Source: an uncultured bacterium (lineage in GTDB: Bacteria > GCA-001730085). Taken from it: a stretch of 32,000 nucleotides of DNA. Below, piece by piece: positions 26,349 through 32,000 of this stretch (the first letter of the stretch is position 1; every line of letters begins with the position of its first letter). The position numbers and the translations under genes were made by a program. Under the pieces are notes generated by a model, which was given only the letters and a program-made list of their open reading frames with translations, made no database searches and had not been told where the DNA came from. The DNA lies in contig CAZMGY010000036.1 of NCBI GenBank assembly GCA_964565945.1, positions 5,405 through 37,404 of the forward strand, given 5' to 3'.

Positions 26349-28263
26349 CCAGCATTGGATTAAGCGTCTCGCCAGCATTCATCCCAACTATGAACATCGT
26401 AGCCAGCAAGAAACCATGCTCAAACATGTTCAGGATTTGCTCGAAAGTCATGGTGCTCTCATGATTGAAGCGGGTACTGGGGTCGGTAAAACCCTGGCCT
26501 ACCTGATTCCCTTGCTCTCACATCTACCTCAACTTGAGCCCCCAGTGGTTATCTCGACATCCACCATTTCCTTGCAAGAGCAACTTTTGCACAAAGATAT
26601 CCCGTTGGCCCAAGATATATGCGCTCTCGATGATCTTAATGTGCAACTGGCCAAAGGAAAACGTAATTACGTCTGCTACAACAAGCTGATCCAAAATCAG
26701 CTCCAACAACAAACACTCCTTAACGACAAGCAAGACAAGGAGCTTTATGGCCTGATGGATTGGGCTGAATCCTCACCTGATGGAGATATCAGTCATTGTC
26801 CATTTTCTCCCGAGCCCAAGGTTTGGAATCAATTATCTTGCCATAACGACACTTGCTCACGGGTGACCTGTCCTTTTCCCCGCCAATGCTTTTTGAGCAA
26901 AGCTCGTGAGCGTCTCGCCAATGCAGATGTAATTATCACTAATCACCACCTTTTGCTCAGTGACCTTAAACTCAAAACACAATCACATCATATATTGCCA
27001 AACTATAACACGCTCATCCTCGACGAAGCGCATCGCTTAGGGGATGCGAGTGAGCAGTGTTTTTCGATTAAAGTGCGCAATCAAGATATTAAACATCTTC
27101 AACGCCTAATGGAACAAAATTATGCTTACATGCCTGTTTCGTTCGCATCGGAACTAAGCGAACAAACCCAACAGCTCATCCAAGTAGCACAAACATTTTT
27201 TTCCGATTATTTCGCCAACCGCTCTCAAACTTTTTTGATCCAAGAACCTCTCGAAGAGCAACTATGGCCTCTAACTGGACAATTGATCGATATCAAAACA
27301 ACGCTGGATTCCTTGTTTGAACACAAGCAAAAGCGGAGGAGTCAAACTCATCCCAGTTTGGAACACACCGCCCAAATGTGCCTTCAGCTAGCCAATGACC
27401 TTGATATATTTTCGTGTCTTGAGCTCGAACAATACGCCTTTTGGGGCGAATCTTTTCATCACCTGCACATCTTGCAAGCCACCCCATTAAACTTGGCTAA
27501 CGTTTTGCAAAACCATCTCTTCACTGGACTTAATCAGGTGATACTTACCAGCGCCACCTTAGCCACACACAGAGGTCTCGACTACAATGCCAAAAAAATG
27601 GGCTTACCTCATGCCGAATTGGTTCAAATCGAAACACCGTTTGACCTTCCCAAGCAGATGCACCTCAAAATCACCGATGATCCACACCTCTTGCCCCAAT
27701 CCGACAACTATCTTGCCACACTCACGGCCTATTGCCGCACCATGATTTTAGAAACCCAAGGGGGCTGTTTTGTCTTGTTCACCAATGATACAACCATGCG
27801 CCATGTCCACGAGGCTCTTAACAATGAGCTGCTTGAACAAGACTTAAGAATACTGTGCCAAAGCAACGCCAATAAAAATGACATTCTTAACCAGTTTGAT
27901 CAATACTCTAACTGCGTCTTGTTTGCACTCGACAGCTTTTGGACAGGCATCGACATTGCGGGTTCTCATTTGCGCAATGTGATCATCACCAAGTTGCCTT
28001 TCCCAGTGCCAAATTCTCCACTCAACCAGAGTAAGATGGACCTATTGGACAAAAATGGTCACAATTCCTTTCAATCCTTTATGCTTCCCGAAGCTATCCT
28101 TAAATTCAAACAAGGGGCGGGACGCTTGATTCGCAGTCAAAAAGACAGAGGGCAGCTATGCGTTTTGGATCCAAGACTCTGCACAAAACCCTATGGAGCC
28201 TTATTTTTAAAAGCCTTACAGGCGGGTCCTGCGCAAAAACTCGCACGCCTATCTTTTTCCTAA
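26329..28263 (+). CDS. dinG: ATP-dependent DNA helicase, DinG/XPD-like with an Fe-S cluster domain
   Basis: Walker A IEAGTGVGKTLAYLIP, DEAH box LILDEAHRL, a cysteine set (YVCYNKL … SCHNDTCSRVTCPFPRQCF) at the Fe-S domain position, and motif VI FKQGAGRLIRSQKDRG. Confidence 0.88.
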   Translation: MATCLNNQHWIKRLASIHPNYEHRSQQETMLKHVQDLLESHGALMIEAGTGVGKTLAYLIPLLSHLPQLEPPVVISTSTISLQEQLLHKDIPLAQDICALDDLNVQLAKGKRNYVCYNKLIQNQLQQQTLLNDKQDKELYGLMDWAESSPDGDISHCPFSPEPKVWNQLSCHNDTCSRVTCPFPRQCFLSKARERLANADVIITNHHLLLSDLKLKTQSHHILPNYNTLILDEAHRLGDASEQCFSIKVRNQDIKHLQRLMEQNYAYMPVSFASELSEQTQQLIQVAQTFFSDYFANRSQTFLIQEPLEEQLWPLTGQLIDIKTTLDSLFEHKQKRRSQTHPSLEHTAQMCLQLANDLDIFSCLELEQYAFWGESFHHLHILQATPLNLANVLQNHLFTGLNQVILTSATLATHRGLDYNAKKMGLPHAELVQIETPFDLPKQMHLKITDDPHLLPQSDNYLATLTAYCRTMILETQGGCFVLFTNDTTMRHVHEALNNELLEQDLRILCQSNANKNDILNQFDQYSNCVLFALDSFWTGIDIAGSHLRNVIITKLPFPVPNSPLNQSKMDLLDKNGHNSFQSFMLPEAILKFKQGAGRLIRSQKDRGQLCVLDPRLCTKPYGALFLKALQAGPAQKLARLSFS

Positions 28264-28310
28264 AAATTGACTACGCACACACCTAAACTTACGTTATAAT
28301 AGGGAGTGTT

Positions 28311-29978
28311 ATGTTGATTGACTTAGTTATTAGCAATTTAAAACTCATTAAACAAGCCAACGTTCATTTTCAAAAGGGATTGCAGGTCATTTCTGGCGAA
28401 AGCGGCGCGGGTAAATCAATGCTTTTGAACGCTCTAAGGCTTATCGCTGGGGAGAGAGTTAAAGGCGAACTGAATCAGCAAGAACTTGAAACCAAAATCG
28501 AAGCTATTTTCGATATCAGCCACAACGACAACGTCATTGAAGTCTTGCGAGACATGCATATCGAATGCGAGGATAACCTTTTGATTTTACGACGGCATAT
28601 CGATCCTCAAAGTCGCTCCAAAACATTGATCAATGGCACACTTGTTCCGCTCAAAGACCTTAAAAAAGTATCTAGCCTCTTGTTAGATATTCATAGCCAG
28701 AACAGTCATCAAAGCCTGTTGAATGATGCCTCTCACTTAGGATGGCTCGATGCCAGTCAGCCCAAAATCCAAAAACAACTCAACTCTTACAGCCAAGTTT
28801 ATGAACAATACAAAGAGGCTCGCCAGGCCTACACCCAAGCCGTCGAAAATACGACTTTGGCCACACAAGAATTAGATTTCATTCGTTTTCAGCTAGACGA
28901 ACTAGAGCAAATCACCCTCGATCCTCAGCATCACCAACAGTTGCTTAACGATCGCAAACAATTGATTCATCTCGAACAGTTTGAAGACATTAACCAACGG
29001 ATTCAAGCCCTTTTGGATGGCGAAGAGGGTCCCTTAATCAAAATGCAAAACCTTGAAAAATATCTTGGCGAGTTAGCTCAAATTCAAGGACAATTTGAAC
29101 CTCTAGTAAATATCTCACGGGAAATTAATCTGCTGCTGTCCGACCTTCATCAAAGCTACTATCAAAAAAGACCCACCCAAGATCGTCTCGACCGAGATCT
29201 CGAAAGCATCGAAAATGAACTCTACCAAATGGAAAAGTTGTTACGCAAATACAACATATCGATCGGGGGATTACTTAAGCTCAAACAAGACTTACAACAC
29301 AAAGTGGAACTATCCGAAAACAAAGATTTTTTCCTAAAAAACCTTCAGCAAGCCCTCGAAATACAAGAGGAAGCAATTCAAAAAGAAGCTCAAGTCCTTC
29401 ATAAAGTGCGCGCTTCAAGCAAAATTGCTTTAGAACAACAAATTACAAAAGAGCTGCAAGAGCTTGGAATCAAACATGCTCAATTCGAAGTTCAGCTTAG
29501 TCCAGCCGATTACGGTCCATTAGGAAACGATGTCGTTCAATTTAGGCTCCAAACCAATAAAGGACTAGGACTATCTCCACTCGCCGAGATTGTCTCGGGA
29601 GGAGAACTCTCTCGCGTAATGCTGGCTCTTAAAACAGTACTGACCTCTCGATACTTTTGTTCGACCTTCATTTTTGATGAAGTGGATGCGAATTTGGGAG
29701 GAGAAACAGCAGTAGTGGTGGGCAAAAAGTTACAACATTTGGCTCACGATCATCAAATCTTATGCATCACACACTTGCCCCAAATAGCAGCATTGGCCAA
29801 TCAACATATTCGCGTGAGCAAACACGATGATGCCAACAACACATGGACTCATGTGGAAGAGCTCGATCAACAAGAACGTGTGATCGAAATTGCCCGCATG
29901 CTAGGAGGAGACGCCCAGCACAGTCTGGCAAGACAACATGCTCAAGAACTTTTAGGCTTAGCAGAAGTTTCGTCATGA
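28311..29978 (+). CDS. recN: DNA repair protein RecN
   Basis: 555 aa. Walker A GESGAGKSMLLNAL, a long coiled-coil middle, and C-terminal signature/Walker B blocks SGGELSRVMLALK and FIFDEVDANLGG. Confidence 0.93.
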   Translation: MLIDLVISNLKLIKQANVHFQKGLQVISGESGAGKSMLLNALRLIAGERVKGELNQQELETKIEAIFDISHNDNVIEVLRDMHIECEDNLLILRRHIDPQSRSKTLINGTLVPLKDLKKVSSLLLDIHSQNSHQSLLNDASHLGWLDASQPKIQKQLNSYSQVYEQYKEARQAYTQAVENTTLATQELDFIRFQLDELEQITLDPQHHQQLLNDRKQLIHLEQFEDINQRIQALLDGEEGPLIKMQNLEKYLGELAQIQGQFEPLVNISREINLLLSDLHQSYYQKRPTQDRLDRDLESIENELYQMEKLLRKYNISIGGLLKLKQDLQHKVELSENKDFFLKNLQQALEIQEEAIQKEAQVLHKVRASSKIALEQQITKELQELGIKHAQFEVQLSPADYGPLGNDVVQFRLQTNKGLGLSPLAEIVSGGELSRVMLALKTVLTSRYFCSTFIFDEVDANLGGETAVVVGKKLQHLAHDHQILCITHLPQIAALANQHIRVSKHDDANNTWTHVEELDQQERVIEIARMLGGDAQHSLARQHAQELLGLAEVSS

Positions 29979-30679
29979 TCTATCTCCCCACATGGAATGA
30001 ACTTGCCCAATTCAATGAAATAGACTTTCAAAACATGTGCCGCAACCTCATTGATAGCTACGGCCAAATGGATCATTTCCATATCTACGTCGACGAAAAT
30101 GACATTGGGCCCATTAGCTTTACCGAAGAATTTCAAGCCTCCTCGCACACTGTTGAACAGCAAACCTTAGGAGAGCATTCCCTGCGTGTGCTTTACCAAT
30201 GCTTTGAACAAGTGAACTTCTATCACCTTGATGGGATTTTAAGTTTTGAGGGATTTGGCATTCTTTTGTGCCTTCACGATATTGGAAAAAACATTGCAGT
30301 ACAACAAACCAGTTCGAAACGCAATCAACACCGTTTCACCATTGCGATGCTAAGGCATGCTCTTAAACAGCAGCAAAAGACCGACTACGAGCCTTTACTA
30401 TCAGCCCTCATCAATATGGATCCCTTAGGTAAGTTTCTTAAAAATCAGCAATCCTTAGACGAAACCGAAGTTATTGTTCGACAAGCAGCCTCTTTAGCTC
30501 AGGTGTCCAGCCATCATTTTTTTTCCATCTTAAAGTTCTACTATTTTTGCGATGCCTCAGCTTACGACAATCTCAAACAAAAGATCTTTCATTATCTTCC
30601 TAATGGCCAAATGGTGATTAATCCCAATCACTCTCGCAAACGATCCTTTAACTTACTTTGTCAAAAACTCATGCCTTAA
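29975..30679 (+). CDS. divergent HD-domain-like protein
   Basis: 234 aa from the ATG at 29975, which overlaps the recN stop (ATGA). GEHSLRV is followed about 40 residues later by ILLCLHDIGK, the H…HD arrangement of HD phosphohydrolases. The rest is unrecognised. Confidence 0.6.
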   Translation: MIYLPTWNELAQFNEIDFQNMCRNLIDSYGQMDHFHIYVDENDIGPISFTEEFQASSHTVEQQTLGEHSLRVLYQCFEQVNFYHLDGILSFEGFGILLCLHDIGKNIAVQQTSSKRNQHRFTIAMLRHALKQQQKTDYEPLLSALINMDPLGKFLKNQQSLDETEVIVRQAASLAQVSSHHFFSILKFYYFCDASAYDNLKQKIFHYLPNGQMVINPNHSRKRSFNLLCQKLMP

Positions 30680-30779
30680 CAGTTGAATAATTTCTGAAAA
30701 ATACACCACCACTTAGGCTATGATTATCAAAGATGAAGCTATTGCCAAATAGTCGTCTCAAGCTTTTTTCAAGCAATCA

Positions 30780-30808
30780 TTGAATCCTAAGTTAAAACAT
30801 TCTATAAT
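30780..30808 (+). promoter_or_regulatory. near-consensus sigma-70-type promoter
   Basis: TTGAAT (30780-30785), exactly 17-nt spacer, TATAAT (30803-30808). An AGGAG SD at 30836-30840 and the ATG at 30852 follow. Confidence 0.45.
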
Positions 30809-30851
30809 ACCTAAGAAGCAATGGTATTTAACTTTAGGAGTTCTAAGAATC

Positions 30852-31973
30852 ATGCTCATCTCAAATGTGTTTTTCCGAATTTTCGTGGTCACACTCTTTT
30901 GCATGACTCACTTCGCCTATGCTCAAAACAGCGATCACACATTATCTGCTTTTATTATGGAAACCCAAGACAAACTCAGTCGTTATTTGCAAAAACAACA
31001 ATGGGCAAAGTCCATCTCTCATGCACTTTTGAATAAAACCCAAAACCCAGACCAAACCGATACCGACATCATGAGTATTATCTCTTATGTCGCAACGTCT
31101 ATTTCGGCTCAAGGCAAATTCATTGTTTTAAGCCCAAAACACTTCCAAATATTCATTGAAGCGATCGAAGAACTTTCAAGTGATGAGCTCAAATTTCAAG
31201 CCAAAATGCTTCTAGTCAATAGCCTGATTCGCAATAATCAAGTCAAATTAGCTATGGAAATGGCTAAAACAAGTCATCGCCAAGAACTCTTAGATAAGGT
31301 TTATGAAACCTATATTTTAGCCTTAGCAAGTCGTGGCTATTCCGACAAAGTCCTTCAGTTATTAAAAAAAGACACATTCAAAAAGTACACTGACCAAGCT
31401 TTTTTTAAAATTTCTCAATTTCATTCGCATCGCAAAGAAGCCCAAAAAGCCCTAGCATGGGCCAAGCAGATTAAATCACCAACCATCGCAGATGATGCTC
31501 GCCTGGTAATTGGCCAATTATACCTAGAACAAAACCTTTCCCAAAAACAAATCCTTGCTTTTGCAAGTCTCTTTCATAGTAACTTTCACCGATCAGCATT
31601 CATGGCCAATTACATCAACTTATTCATTGAAGAAGGTGCTCTCGACAAAGCCCGTAAGATGCTCAAGGATGAAAATATCAAAATAGAAAAATCTGTACAC
31701 ATGCAACTCTCTGCGAATATTTTGCTAAAATTGATTCAAAGCGGACAAGCCATGGAAGCAAAAATAGGTTTAAGAGAATTGGAGCGTCAATATAAGCAAG
31801 AATCAAGCGATTTACGGGACTCACTATGGATGGACCTTTTCTATTATTATCTTTACACCGCACACGATACCTATGAAGCTAAAAAAATAATTAAGAAGAT
31901 CCAAAATTCTGCCATTCGTAGTCAACTAATAGAAGCTTACCAAATACATCTGCAGAATTCTAAACTCATTTAA
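30852..31973 (+). CDS. secreted alpha-helical repeat (TPR-like) hypothetical protein
   Basis: 373 aa from ATG 30852. Signal peptide MLISNVFFRIFVVTLFCMTHFAYA|QN. The remainder is helix-rich with loosely repeating A/L/Y-rich ~34-aa units. I see no catalytic motif. Confidence 0.55.
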   Translation: MLISNVFFRIFVVTLFCMTHFAYAQNSDHTLSAFIMETQDKLSRYLQKQQWAKSISHALLNKTQNPDQTDTDIMSIISYVATSISAQGKFIVLSPKHFQIFIEAIEELSSDELKFQAKMLLVNSLIRNNQVKLAMEMAKTSHRQELLDKVYETYILALASRGYSDKVLQLLKKDTFKKYTDQAFFKISQFHSHRKEAQKALAWAKQIKSPTIADDARLVIGQLYLEQNLSQKQILAFASLFHSNFHRSAFMANYINLFIEEGALDKARKMLKDENIKIEKSVHMQLSANILLKLIQSGQAMEAKIGLRELERQYKQESSDLRDSLWMDLFYYYLYTAHDTYEAKKIIKKIQNSAIRSQLIEAYQIHLQNSKLI

Positions 31974-32000
31974 TCTATTTAAAGTTTCATAATCAGAAAC

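Noticed and set aside
29843-29974. 44-codon Arg/Cys-rich extension of the HD-protein ORF
   Set aside because: It lies entirely within the recN 3' end in another frame. The ATG at 29975 forms a classic ATGA stop-start overlap.
26329-30679. DinG + RecN + HD protein as an anti-phage defence system
   Set aside because: DinG carries the housekeeping Fe-S/XPD-like architecture and RecN is canonical. There are no nuclease, methylase, CRISPR or other defence hallmarks. Ordinary DNA-repair genes are the simpler reading.
30780-30851. TTG start at 30780 for the last ORF (397 aa)
   Set aside because: That TTG is the first half of the -35 hexamer of a near-consensus promoter. The signal peptide and the AGGAG SD fit the ATG at 30852.

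Overview
This window is a gene-dense, mostly co-directional stretch of bacterial core chromosome that looks moderately AT-rich by eye. I could support about 36 protein genes, one tRNA and one gene remnant. I found no transposase, integrase, CRISPR array, rRNA or recognisable defence island.

Genes recognised from motifs:
- aroA (5' end cut by the window) and cmk
- pyruvate phosphate dikinase, a CaCA-type cation exchanger, a compact sigma-70 family factor, and apt
- tRNA-Arg(CCT)
- trxA and bioD
- on the minus strand, a complete glycine-cleavage operon (gcvT-gcvH-gcvPA-gcvPB) ending in a short LplA/LipB-family lipoyl/octanoyl transferase
- a GalE-like epimerase, rfbC, glyQ and glyS
- a PilZ-like protein, a CsaA-like tRNA-binding protein and an RsuA/RluB-type pseudouridine synthase
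- an Fe-S DinG helicase and recN

The less ordinary parts:
1. a frameshifted, truncated plsC-like acyltransferase remnant just after cmk
2. a G10 tract that forms the ribosome-binding region of the sigma gene
3. an envelope gene set after the tRNA, including a 58-aa lipoprotein ORF missing from the ORF track
4. a tightly packed module of a membrane-anchored protein, a SPOR protein, a double-SH3b/CpoB-like protein and a 55-aa small basic protein (also missing from the track)
5. a divergent HD-domain protein whose start overlaps the recN stop

I do not see a clearly novel multi-gene system. The findings are modest and scored accordingly. Lineage cannot be assigned from the sequence alone. The small-basic-protein family and the cmk-plsC adjacency weakly recall PVC-group genomes, but this rests on memory and was not checked.
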